Source: Capsulimonadales bacterium
GTDB taxonomy: Bacteria; Armatimonadota; Armatimonadia; Armatimonadales; Armatimonadaceae
Direction: 5' to 3'
Assembly (NCBI GenBank): GCA_033762295.1
Contig: JANRLW010000124.1
Coordinates: forward strand, 1-23,390
Length of the DNA stretch: 23,390 nt
Position numbers and translations under genes: made by a program
Shown: positions 7,816 through 16,532 of the stretch, one piece after another
Numbering within the stretch: the first letter of the stretch is position 1
Layout of the letters: every line of letters starts with the position of its first letter
The notes under the pieces: generated by a model
What the model was told of the DNA's origin: nothing
Seen by the model: the letters and a program-made list of their open reading frames with translations, nothing else
Databases searched by the model: none

Positions 7816-8640
7816 GTGAAACGACACCTGCGCCCCATCCTGTCGCATGCCCTGCTCCTCGGGCTGGGTCTTCTGTTCCTGACCCCGTTTGCGTTTATGG
7901 TCTCCACCTCGCTGAAACTTCAGGGCAAGGTCTTCACCGAGACGATCGAATGGCTTCCGAATCCGGTCGTCTGGTCTAACTACCCGGAAGCGCTGGGCAA
8001 CTTTCCGTTCGCCCTCTATCTCCGGAATACGCTGGTCATCTGTGCGGGGGTCGTCCTCGGGACCGTCGTTTCCGCCGCTCTTCCGGCCTACGGGTTCGCC
8101 CGCCTGCGCTGGAAGGGGCGCGACACCCTCTTCTTTCTGATGCTCGCCACCATCATGCTGCCCTCACAGGTCACCCAGCTACCGATCTTTCTGACCTTCC
8201 GGACGCTGCACTGGACCGGCACCTACCTGCCGTTGATCGTTCCGGCGTTCTTCGGAAACGCGTTCAGCATCTTTCTGTTGCGCCAGTTCTTCCTGACCAT
8301 TCCGCAGGAGTTATCGGACGCCGCCCGGATCGACGGCTGTTCGGAGTGGGGCATCTTCACCCGCATCCTTCTTCCGCTGTCCCAGCCTGCGCTTGCGACG
8401 ATCGCCCTCTTCGCCTTCATGGGAGCCTGGACCGATTTCCAGGGTCCGTTGATCTACGTCCATGACGAGGACCAGTACACCCTGGCGATCGGGCTTGCCT
8501 CCTTTCTCGGGCGGTACAACGGCCAGTGGCACCTTTTGATGGCCGCCGCCACCGTGGTCACCCTCCCGCTGATCGTCGCCTTCTTCCTGGCGCAACGAAC
8601 CTTTATCCGCGGTATCGCCATGACCGGAATGAAGGGCTGA
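7816..8640 (+). CDS. Carbohydrate ABC transporter permease
   Basis: AYGFARLRWKGRD, EAA loop ELSDAARIDGCSE, C-terminal QRTFIRGIAMTGMKG; GTG start 2 nt after the upstream stop. Confidence 0.95.
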   Translation: MKRHLRPILSHALLLGLGLLFLTPFAFMVSTSLKLQGKVFTETIEWLPNPVVWSNYPEALGNFPFALYLRNTLVICAGVVLGTVVSAALPAYGFARLRWKGRDTLFFLMLATIMLPSQVTQLPIFLTFRTLHWTGTYLPLIVPAFFGNAFSIFLLRQFFLTIPQELSDAARIDGCSEWGIFTRILLPLSQPALATIALFAFMGAWTDFQGPLIYVHDEDQYTLAIGLASFLGRYNGQWHLLMAAATVVTLPLIVAFFLAQRTFIRGIAMTGMKG

Positions 8641-8704
8641 TCGAACGCAACCGGGCGGCGGTCTTCCGGGTCGGACCCTCGGAATCATCCGTTGGAGGCC
8701 CGGA

Positions 8705-9271
8705 ATGTACACAGGGAACGATCGTCTTCGCTTATCGGCCGCGATTCTGGCCGCCATCCTCGCCGGGCTGATCGCGTTTCGGCTGACGGTGTCTCGTTCC
8801 GTCCCGGAGGACGGGCTGAAACCCGGAGAGTTCCGTCTCGAAATGCCCCATCGAATCGCCCTGAACGATTACGAGGGCGGCCAGGTCACCCTGACGGTCC
8901 GGCTCCCGACGGGTTTCTCCCCGATACCGGTCGAAGTGCGGGGAGCCGGTATGAAGGTCTCTGCCAGTGTGCAGCCTGCCGTGACACCGGCGAAAATGGG
9001 AAGAGCGTTGGTGCGCATCGTCCCGCGCGACGACGACGGCGTCCGGACCGAACTCTATCTGGAAACCGCGTCCGTCGAAAAAACCACCGGCTTCCCCGGC
9101 ATCACCGTACAGGAAACGACTTTGCGCGGCTCCGTCGGTGCGGGCCTGGGCAAACAACCGTTTCGATGGACCGTCGAACCCGGCGTCTATCCGCAGAACG
9201 CGCCCTTAATTCTCGGTTATTCGGGTGAGGACCCCATCACCCTGACCGTCGGGCGACGCAACACCCCCTGA
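8705..9271 (+). CDS. Hypothetical protein with N-terminal membrane anchor/signal
   Basis: GGAGG RBS, hydrophobic LSAAILAAILAGLIAF, beta-rich remainder. Confidence 0.6.
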   Translation: MYTGNDRLRLSAAILAAILAGLIAFRLTVSRSVPEDGLKPGEFRLEMPHRIALNDYEGGQVTLTVRLPTGFSPIPVEVRGAGMKVSASVQPAVTPAKMGRALVRIVPRDDDGVRTELYLETASVEKTTGFPGITVQETTLRGSVGAGLGKQPFRWTVEPGVYPQNAPLILGYSGEDPITLTVGRRNTP

Positions 9272-9284
9272 GGCGAACGGTTCG

Positions 9285-10478
9285 TCAGACCGCGCCGGGA
9301 CGCGGCGCGGCGGCGAACCGGTCGAGATAGTCGCGCAGTTCCGCCGCCGACAGGGCTTCGGTCACCCAAAAATACGCGCTCATCGCGCGAAACGGACGGA
9401 CGGTGTTCCAGCCGCGCTCATAGGCCGGGGGTCCGAGAAGGATTACACGGACCCCTTCGAAGGGGAGAAGGTCCGCCGGGACGCCTTCCCCCCAGATTCG
9501 ATCCCCGATCCGGTCCGGACCTTTCGGAAGCCCTCCGTCTCCGGTCCATGCGGTCCAGTGATACAGGTCGAATGCGCCGACGGACGGCACGTCGGCCTCC
9601 TGCGGACCGTCCCCGCGCGCGACGGCCACCGCGATCGGGTGGGGACGCCGTCCGGGAAGGTTGCCCGCGGGAGGTGTTTCCGTTCGGCGACGGAAGCGCG
9701 CCATCAGCCCGGCGGGCGGCGGACCGCCGATCAGCGCATCCATCAACAGGGTCTGCAACTGGAAATTGTCGGCGATACCCCCGATCACACACCGGTACCC
9801 CTGTCCGGCGTCCGGATGAACGACCAGCAGCGGTTCGTCATCCAGGACCAGCAGCATCTTGCGCAAAAATTCGCCGCCGTTACGGATCGGAGCCAGACGT
9901 TCCGCCAGCGCGAGCAATTCACCGTCCTCCCGGGCGGTCCGCCGGAGTTCGAGGGAACGGGAAAGACAGGCGATCGTCGGCAGATACCAGAGATCCAGGG
10001 CGGCCCATGCCGCATACCCCCGTCGGTACCTCGAAATAATCGATGCGGCGATGTCGTCCGGAAGGATGCGGCCACCGATCCGCAAGGGCGACGGTTCCCG
10101 AACGATGTCCGATGCCTCCTCTTCCGAAGATTCGGGAAGCGCAACCAGGCAGGCGTCGGCGAACTCCGCGGCCTGCCGGAGGACGCGGGGAAGATACCGG
10201 AGGAGCGTCCGGGCGAACGGGACGGGGTCGCCTCCGTTTTCGACGACCGCGCCGCCGGCCATCGCGGCGATGCCCCCGATCTCCGGATCGTCATGGCGCA
10301 GGCCGGAGGCCAACCCGGTCAGCACCGCCTGCGTTTCGTCCGGTGTCGCCCTCGCCGTGGAATCCGCCAGACGGCGGGCAACCTTGCGCAACTCCTGCCC
10401 GTCGGGATTCGCCCCGGCAGTCCATGCGACGAATCGACGGATGAGTTCTTCGCGATCGGCCATCTTTTGCTCCGCCAT
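9285..10478 (-). CDS. Hypothetical protein
   Basis: About 397 aa from ATG 10478 (MAEQKMADRE) with protein-like composition and conserved-looking motifs GIADNFQLQTLL and IWGEGVPADL; no recognisable family. Confidence 0.75.
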   Translation of the reverse strand: MAEQKMADREELIRRFVAWTAGANPDGQELRKVARRLADSTARATPDETQAVLTGLASGLRHDDPEIGGIAAMAGGAVVENGGDPVPFARTLLRYLPRVLRQAAEFADACLVALPESSEEEASDIVREPSPLRIGGRILPDDIAASIISRYRRGYAAWAALDLWYLPTIACLSRSLELRRTAREDGELLALAERLAPIRNGGEFLRKMLLVLDDEPLLVVHPDAGQGYRCVIGGIADNFQLQTLLMDALIGGPPPAGLMARFRRRTETPPAGNLPGRRPHPIAVAVARGDGPQEADVPSVGAFDLYHWTAWTGDGGLPKGPDRIGDRIWGEGVPADLLPFEGVRVILLGPPAYERGWNTVRPFRAMSAYFWVTEALSAAELRDYLDRFAAAPRPGAV

Positions 10479-10569
10479 GTCGTTCGTTCCCGACGTACAC
10501 GATCCCTGCGCGGAAAAAACCCGACGACCGGGGGAAGGAAACCGATTAAGCGGAAATGAACCAGACCGC

Positions 10570-12555
10570 ATGTATGCGTTTTTCCTGCCGAACCTCGCCG
10601 TCCTGGCATTCCTGTTCGTTCATGGCTCTCAGCCTGCCGTCGTCCGGCAGCGTGCCCCGGAGAAAACGAAAATGACCTACCCGCAATTGATCTCCACCCG
10701 TTATCCGAAAGGCGCCGCCGCTCCGGTCACTTCGCCGCCGGTTCCCGCCTTCGAGTTCGTCGATCGTTCGCTCCTGCCGCCGAACGCGCAGGTCAAATCG
10801 GCGGCGCGGATCGGAAACGACATCGTCTGGGCATTGACCGATCAGGGATGGTTCCGGAAGGAGAACGGTCGGTTCGTCAGGTTCGATCTGCCACAGACGT
10901 TCAAACCGCACCAGTCGCCGGTCCATGGGGACACGCAACTGGTGGAACTGGCGACCGACGGCAAGGGCCACCTCTGGGCGGCAACGACTCACGGACTTCT
11001 CGCGACGGACGGGAAACTCTGGTGGCAGCCGATCGACCATCGGGACGGAATGCCGTATATTTCGATGACCTGCCTGCACCTGGCGGCCAACGGCGATGTC
11101 TGGGGCGGAACCGAGGAGGGCGCCTGGCGGCTCCGGGACGGACACTTCCGCTACTTTTTCGGCAAGCGGTGGCTTCCGGGCAACCGGGTCGAACGCATCT
11201 GGTCCGATTCCTCCGGGCGTATCTGGCTCCTCACCGACGGCGGCACCGCCTGTATCGAGGAAAAACCGATGACTCTGGCGGAGAAGGCCGCGCATATCGA
11301 ACGGATCACCGCGCGCCATAACCGACGTGGCTATGTGACCGGTTGCACGCTGACGGAACCCGGAAACCCGGACCGGGGAGTCCGTTTCCATGCCAGCGAC
11401 AACGACGGTCTCTGGACCGCGATCTATATTGCCGCCGAATCCTACCGATACGCGGCGACGAAGGACCCGGAGGCGCGCGCCCTCGCCCGAAAAAGTATGG
11501 ACGCCCTGCTCGACCTGGAGCGGTTGACCGGTATTCCGGGCTTCCCCGCCCGCGCTGTCATGACCGACGAGGAGATCCGGGCGGGCGTCGAAGGGTTCGA
11601 TCCCGACGAAACCGTGCGCGTCGACGGCGAAAAGACCAAAATCTGGTTCCGTTCACCGGTCGAGAAGAACGTCTGGTGCAAGGGAGACACGTCCAGCGAT
11701 GAGATGGACGGACACTACTTCGCCTGGTACGTGTACCATGAACTGGTGGCCGATGCCGCGGAGAAAAAACGGATCGCCGAAGTCGTCCGCCGCGTTACCA
11801 ACTACATTCTGGATCACGATCTGACGCTCGTCGGGCATCACGGTTCCAAAACGCGCTGGGGCGTCTGGGCACCCAAATACCTGAACGACGACCCTCGGTG
11901 GTATGAGGAGCGTGGCCTGAACTCGGTCGAAATCCTCTGCTTCCTGAAGGTCGCCTCGCACATTTGCGGAGACAAACGGTTTGAGGACGCGTTCAACGAT
12001 CTGGTCGACAACCATCACTACCTTCTGAACACGCTGGTACATCGCCGGCATACACCCTGGTACGCCATCAACCACTCCGACGACGAACTGGCGTGGGTCA
12101 CCTATTTTCCGCTGTTGCGCCTGGAAAAGGACCCGGCGCGCCGACGCCTCCTGACGGAGTCGGTGGCCCGGAACTGGGAGGAAAGCGAACAGGAGCAGAC
12201 GATCCGACAGGAAAAAAGCCCGTTCTACAACTTCATGTACGGAGCGATGACCGGACGGCCCTGCGCGGTCGAGGAAGCGGTGACCACTCTGGAAGATTGG
12301 CCCTGGGAACTGATCAACTGGACCGTCCGAAACAGCCACCGTCATGATGTCACACAGCGTATCTCCCCGATGAACCGGAATCGGAATGAAATCACCCGCG
12401 TTCTCCCGGCCTCCGAACGACGCGTCATGAAATGGAACGGGAATCCGTTCGCTCCGGATCAGGGCGGCGAAGGCCGCACCGAGGAGGACGGCGCGGCGTT
12501 TCTGCTCCCCTACTGGCTCGGTGTATATCACGGCTATATCTCCCGCGAACAATAG
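10570..12555 (+). CDS. Secreted protein: beta-propeller-like N-terminus plus putative helical-barrel glycoside hydrolase-like C-terminus
   Basis: Signal-like MYAFFLPNLAVLAFLFV; propeller-type repeats (DGKGHLWAAT, ANGDVWGGT, DSSGRIWLLT); acidic/aromatic motifs SDNDGLW, KGDTSSDEMDG, NHSDDEL. Start ATG 10570; the function is inferred. Confidence 0.75.
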   Translation: MYAFFLPNLAVLAFLFVHGSQPAVVRQRAPEKTKMTYPQLISTRYPKGAAAPVTSPPVPAFEFVDRSLLPPNAQVKSAARIGNDIVWALTDQGWFRKENGRFVRFDLPQTFKPHQSPVHGDTQLVELATDGKGHLWAATTHGLLATDGKLWWQPIDHRDGMPYISMTCLHLAANGDVWGGTEEGAWRLRDGHFRYFFGKRWLPGNRVERIWSDSSGRIWLLTDGGTACIEEKPMTLAEKAAHIERITARHNRRGYVTGCTLTEPGNPDRGVRFHASDNDGLWTAIYIAAESYRYAATKDPEARALARKSMDALLDLERLTGIPGFPARAVMTDEEIRAGVEGFDPDETVRVDGEKTKIWFRSPVEKNVWCKGDTSSDEMDGHYFAWYVYHELVADAAEKKRIAEVVRRVTNYILDHDLTLVGHHGSKTRWGVWAPKYLNDDPRWYEERGLNSVEILCFLKVASHICGDKRFEDAFNDLVDNHHYLLNTLVHRRHTPWYAINHSDDELAWVTYFPLLRLEKDPARRRLLTESVARNWEESEQEQTIRQEKSPFYNFMYGAMTGRPCAVEEAVTTLEDWPWELINWTVRNSHRHDVTQRISPMNRNRNEITRVLPASERRVMKWNGNPFAPDQGGEGRTEEDGAAFLLPYWLGVYHGYISREQ

Positions 12556-12565
12556 GAGGCGTCCG

Positions 12566-13735
12566 ATGGAAAATCCCGATTTCGAATACCGGCTGATCTT
12601 TCCGTTCGAGCACTGGCACAACCATAGCAGTTGTATCGTCGAAATGCCCGGTGACTCCGCCGAGTTCCGCGCCTGCTGGTACCGGGGTTCCGGCGAACGG
12701 CGGTCGGACGACGTCCATGTTTGCGGCGCCCGACTCTACCCCGGTTCGGACTGGTCGCCGCTCCCGACCCTGGCCGATACCCCCGGTTTCCCCGATACCA
12801 ACCCGTTCATGATGGTCGATGCCCGGAACCGGTGGTGGGTCTTTTACGGCACACAGATCGATAACCGATGGGAGTCGACCCTGCTCAAATTTCGACGATC
12901 CGATCCCTTCGGCAATATCCTTTCGGACCATGGCCTGATCCACCTGAAGCCGGACGATGACGCCTTTCAGGAAACGGTCGACCGCCTGCTGCCGATGGCC
13001 TACGAAACGGCGCTTGCGACGCTTCCGGACCAGACCGAAAAACTCAAAGCCTATATCGCGGCGCAGAAGGAACGGTCCCGCGACAAACTCTCCCGACGGA
13101 TCGGCTGGATGGGCCGCTGCCGTCCGCTGGTCGAGGGCGCGCGGATCTTCCTGCCCCTTTATTCCGACGGGTTCGACTTCTCCCTGATCGCCATCAGCGA
13201 GGATCATGGCGAAACCTGGCACGCATCGCTGCCGATGATCGGTCCGGGCGCGGTCCAGCCCTCCCTCCTGCGTCGGCGAGACGGTACTCTGGTCGCCTTC
13301 TGCCGAAACAACGGCCCGGAACCGAACAAGGTCCTGGTCAGCGAATCGCACGACAACGGGTATACCTGGACGGTGGCTCGACCGGGTACGTTGCCCAACC
13401 ACGGTTCCAGCGTCGACGGTCTCGTTCTGAAGGACGGACGGTGGCTTCTCTGCTACAACGACACCCCGAACTCCAAACGGAACAGCCTGGTGGTCGCGCT
13501 GTCGGAGGACGAGGGTGGCACCTGGCAGCCGCCCCATATCGTGGAACGCGCCGAGCCGGGAGTCGGGTCGTTCGCCTACCCGTCGGTTCTTCAGGCGCGG
13601 AACGGGGATCTCCATATTACCTACACCTGTACGCGCGAGGGGTCCGATGTTCCGACCGACGTTGCCGGACGCCCGCAACGCGAGACGATCAAACACGCTC
13701 GACTATCACACGATCGCCTGAAATCCTGGAAATAG
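12566..13735 (+). CDS. BNR/Asp-box repeat sialidase-like (exo-alpha-sialidase fold) protein
   Basis: Three Asp-boxes (SEDHGETW, SHDNGYTW, SEDEGGTW), HNHSSCIVE, FAYPSVLQ...LHITY; AGGAGG RBS before ATG 12566. Confidence 0.85.
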   Translation: MENPDFEYRLIFPFEHWHNHSSCIVEMPGDSAEFRACWYRGSGERRSDDVHVCGARLYPGSDWSPLPTLADTPGFPDTNPFMMVDARNRWWVFYGTQIDNRWESTLLKFRRSDPFGNILSDHGLIHLKPDDDAFQETVDRLLPMAYETALATLPDQTEKLKAYIAAQKERSRDKLSRRIGWMGRCRPLVEGARIFLPLYSDGFDFSLIAISEDHGETWHASLPMIGPGAVQPSLLRRRDGTLVAFCRNNGPEPNKVLVSESHDNGYTWTVARPGTLPNHGSSVDGLVLKDGRWLLCYNDTPNSKRNSLVVALSEDEGGTWQPPHIVERAEPGVGSFAYPSVLQARNGDLHITYTCTREGSDVPTDVAGRPQRETIKHARLSHDRLKSWK

Positions 13736-13763
13736 CCGGCCATCTCGAAAAAAGGAGCCCTCT

Positions 13764-15110
13764 GTGTCCGAAACGCTTGCCCTGCTCGGCGGAACGCCGG
13801 TCGGGAAGATCAAAGAGAACCAGCATCCGGTCTTCACTCCGGAGGCGATCGCACGAGTGACCGCCCTGCTCGAAGCCGGCGACACCGTGGGACTGGGTCG
13901 GACGCACTCGGTCATCGTTGACGCCGAGAACGCGATTTCAAAGTACCATGGGGGCCGACATGCCTTCGCGGTCAGTTCCGGGCAGTCCGCCCTGATGGCT
14001 GCCCTGATGGGCCTGGAACTCGGTCCCGGCGACGAAATCATCACGCCGCCCTACACCTGGGGCGCGACCGTCTCGGCTATCCTCGCGGTCGGTGCGATTC
14101 CCATTTTCGCCGATGTCGACCCGGAAACGGGGAACCTGGACCCGGCCCGGCTCGCCGAGGTCGTTTCACCCCGGACCAAGGCGATCATGGTGGTCCATCT
14201 GTACGGACAGCCCGCGGATATGCCCGCGATCAATGCGGTCGCGCGTCAGCATCATCTGAAGGTCATCGAGGATGCCAGCCAGGCGCACGGCGCCCGCATT
14301 AACGGCGAGGTCGTCGGCAACTTCTCCGACGTCGCCGCCTTCAGTTGCATGGGATGGAAACTGCTCGGACTCGCCGAGGCCGGATACATGGTAACCCCTC
14401 ACGAAGAGGTTTTCTGGAAAGCCTGTATGAACGGCCAGCACTACGGGCGCGGCGGCGAGGAAACGTTCCCCGAACACCTCAAACCGTATGTTGACAGTTT
14501 GGTCTTCACTTTCCGCCTGTCGCCGATGGTCGCCGCCCTGTTCCCATCCCAGATCGAAAAACTCGACCGGGAGATTGCCGCCCGCCGCGAGAACGCCGCG
14601 TACTTCCGGCAAGCGATGGAAGGGGTGACCCTCGCCTGCCTGCCCAACTATCCCGACTGGTCCGCGCCCTCATATCACATTCTGCCCTTGAACTTCAACC
14701 TGAATCTGGGGGTTCGACGCGATTCGGTCTTCCAGGCGTTGCGAGCGGAAGGGGTCGGCATCGGACCGTATGTTCCGTTGCCCATCTATACGTGGCTGCG
14801 GCTGATCTGGCAGGAGTATGACGGACCGACCGTCTACTGGCAGCGTCACCTCGCCCAATCCGGGGTCGATTACCGGGATATCCGATTGCCCGGCGTCGAG
14901 CGGAAGATCGAACGCGACATGTTGATTTCGTGGAACTTCACAACGCCGAATCCGGAGGCCATGGAACGGATGGCGCGGGCGTTCCGCAAGGTCGAGGCGC
15001 AGCTTCCCGCCCTTCGGGAGTGGGAAAGGACCCACCAGCCGGACGAAGACCCGCCCGCCGTCCGCGCCGCCAAACGCGCGATCGAGAGCCACCGCATTCG
15101 CCCCGCATGA
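13764..15110 (+). CDS. DegT/DnrJ/EryC1/StrS-family PLP-dependent aminotransferase
   Basis: GPGDEII, GAIPIFADVD, RTKAIMVVHLYGQPADM, VIEDASQAHGA, PLP-lysine region FSCMGWKLL; AAGGAG RBS and GTG start. Confidence 0.93.
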   Translation: MSETLALLGGTPVGKIKENQHPVFTPEAIARVTALLEAGDTVGLGRTHSVIVDAENAISKYHGGRHAFAVSSGQSALMAALMGLELGPGDEIITPPYTWGATVSAILAVGAIPIFADVDPETGNLDPARLAEVVSPRTKAIMVVHLYGQPADMPAINAVARQHHLKVIEDASQAHGARINGEVVGNFSDVAAFSCMGWKLLGLAEAGYMVTPHEEVFWKACMNGQHYGRGGEETFPEHLKPYVDSLVFTFRLSPMVAALFPSQIEKLDREIAARRENAAYFRQAMEGVTLACLPNYPDWSAPSYHILPLNFNLNLGVRRDSVFQALRAEGVGIGPYVPLPIYTWLRLIWQEYDGPTVYWQRHLAQSGVDYRDIRLPGVERKIERDMLISWNFTTPNPEAMERMARAFRKVEAQLPALREWERTHQPDEDPPAVRAAKRAIESHRIRPA

Positions 15111-15119
15111 CCCGCATGA

Positions 15120-15154
15120 TCGAGAACCCGGCAGGGGGCCTGCCGGGTTCTCGA
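15120..15154. terminator. Perfect 16-bp inverted repeat between convergent genes (terminator or REP-like element)
   Basis: TCGAGAACCCGGCAGG-GGG-CCTGCCGGGTTCTCGA; no U-tract on either side. Confidence 0.65.
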
Positions 15155-15176
15155 AGGATTGCGGATCGGTACGGGA

Positions 15177-16082
15177 TTACTGAGCGACCTGGCAGCCCTG
15201 CTTGTACGGGTCCCACACGGAATTCGTGTACGGGTTGCCGTTGGCATCGGTCTGGGCCGGGGTATCGTTCACAACCCGGTCGTAGGCCAGCGCCTTGGCA
15301 TGGCCGTCCAGCCAGACGATGTTCAGCAGGCCGTTATGCCGCGCCTTGCCGCGTTCGATCGCCTGGGCATCGGTCGGGTTGGGCAGGTCCGAAAATCCGA
15401 AGTAGGAGTTGCCGAGGTTCTGCCAGTAGAACGGATACGAGCTCTGGGTCGGGTCCTCCGGACCGTTGGCGACGCCGTAGCTGCCTTCGCCGGCCAGACG
15501 GCACGGGTTCCGCTCCAGGGCGTTGTAGTAGGAGGCATCGATCATCGCGATCGTATCGGCCGGGGCGACCAGTCCGGCGAGCGGGAAGCCCAGGCCCGGG
15601 CGGATGACATGGTTGTTGGCCGCGTAGGAGTTCTGTCCGCCGTACGACTGGAATCCGGACCCCTTATTCCCCATCACGCCGTTGGTATCCTCGTTCACCC
15701 AAGCGTTCGGGTTCGACGGACATTTCCAGATGTCGTTGTTCTTGATGTACGGGTTCAGCGCCTGGTTGAAGAACAGGGGCCGCTTCGCGTTGTTGCCCAC
15801 GTTCGGATTGGGCGTACCGTCCGCAAGCCGAGCGAACGGGTTCAGCCATACCGTCGCATCGCTGCTGCGGATCCGGTAGGCGCAGAGCGTCTCATCGTAA
15901 TCCTGTGCGTACATCATCATCGAGAGACCGATCTGCTTCATGTTGGACAGACACGATACCTGTCGCGCCTTGGCTCGCGCCTGAGCGAAAACCGGGAACA
16001 GGATCGCCGCCAGAATAGCGATAATGGCGATGACAACAAGCAACTCGATGAGCGTAAAGCCTTGACGGTTCGGTGATTTCAT
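15177..16082 (-). CDS. Prepilin-type N-terminal cleavage/methylation domain protein (DUF1559/H-X9-DG), copy 2
   Basis: [52 protein letters not shown], canonical [16 protein letters not shown]. Confidence 0.94.
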   Translation of the reverse strand: MKSPNRQGFTLIELLVVIAIIAILAAILFPVFAQARAKARQVSCLSNMKQIGLSMMMYAQDYDETLCAYRIRSSDATVWLNPFARLADGTPNPNVGNNAKRPLFFNQALNPYIKNNDIWKCPSNPNAWVNEDTNGVMGNKGSGFQSYGGQNSYAANNHVIRPGLGFPLAGLVAPADTIAMIDASYYNALERNPCRLAGEGSYGVANGPEDPTQSSYPFYWQNLGNSYFGFSDLPNPTDAQAIERGKARHNGLLNIVWLDGHAKALAYDRVVNDTPAQTDANGNPYTNSVWDPYKQGCQVAQ

Positions 16083-16120
16083 CCTAACGTACCTTCCTTT
16101 TACCTTTTGCGGAATCGGAC

Positions 16121-16156
16121 AAACAAAAAGCCGCTTCGCTCGACCGCGAAAGCGGC
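16121..16156 (-). terminator. Intrinsic terminator inside the 5' leader of prepilin copy 2 (possible attenuator)
   Basis: Minus strand GCCGCTTTCGC-GGTCGA-GCGAAGCGGC followed by TTTTTGTTT, lying between the putative promoter and the start codon. Confidence 0.65.
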
Positions 16157-16204
16157 ACCGTCACCGGGGGACGGAAGGGACGGCAGCCGTTGCCGACCGG
16201 ATTA

Positions 16205-16233
16205 ACTATATCATATACATAAATATATGTAAA
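16205..16233 (-). promoter_or_regulatory. Putative sigma70-type promoter with overlapping palindromic operator
   Basis: Minus strand TTTACA (16233-16228)-N17-TATAGT (16210-16205) with extended TG; palindrome TACATA-N4-TATGTA at 16216-16231. Confidence 0.65.
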
Positions 16234-16532
16234 ATAAAATAGGTTCTTTTTGAAACAAAGTTATAGTGTTTGTTTTCGATATATTTTACTATCGGAAATA
16301 ATTAACCCTGCCGGTCGACGGAACCGGCCGACGTTGCAACGATATGCGCACGGTAGTTAAGCGGTTCATGACCGGGGAACGGTCGGTGAACCAGGTAGCC
16401 TCAAGGTCGTTTTCGACAGTAAACCGCCGTTCCCGGCAGGAGGTAGGCTCGGAACCGTCGAAGAAGGTTAAACGCGCAACCGACGACATCGCCCCGGTGT
16501 CCGAACGGCATGGCACTACCGAGGAGGCTCCA

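Noticed and set aside
5607..8640. ABC transporter lacking an ATPase gene
   Set aside because: Common for carbohydrate ABC systems, which often share an MsmX/MsiK-type ATPase encoded elsewhere.
9859..10569. Apparent 898-aa protein overlapping an opposite-strand gene by about 600 nt
   Set aside because: The extension is Arg/Ser-rich antisense sequence; a signal-like N-terminus begins at 10570.
15128..16440. CCGGCAGG/CCTGCCGG octamers on both sides of prepilin copy 2 as mobile-element ends
   Set aside because: Only 8 bp of GC-rich sequence, each explained by a local stem; no transposase or target duplication.
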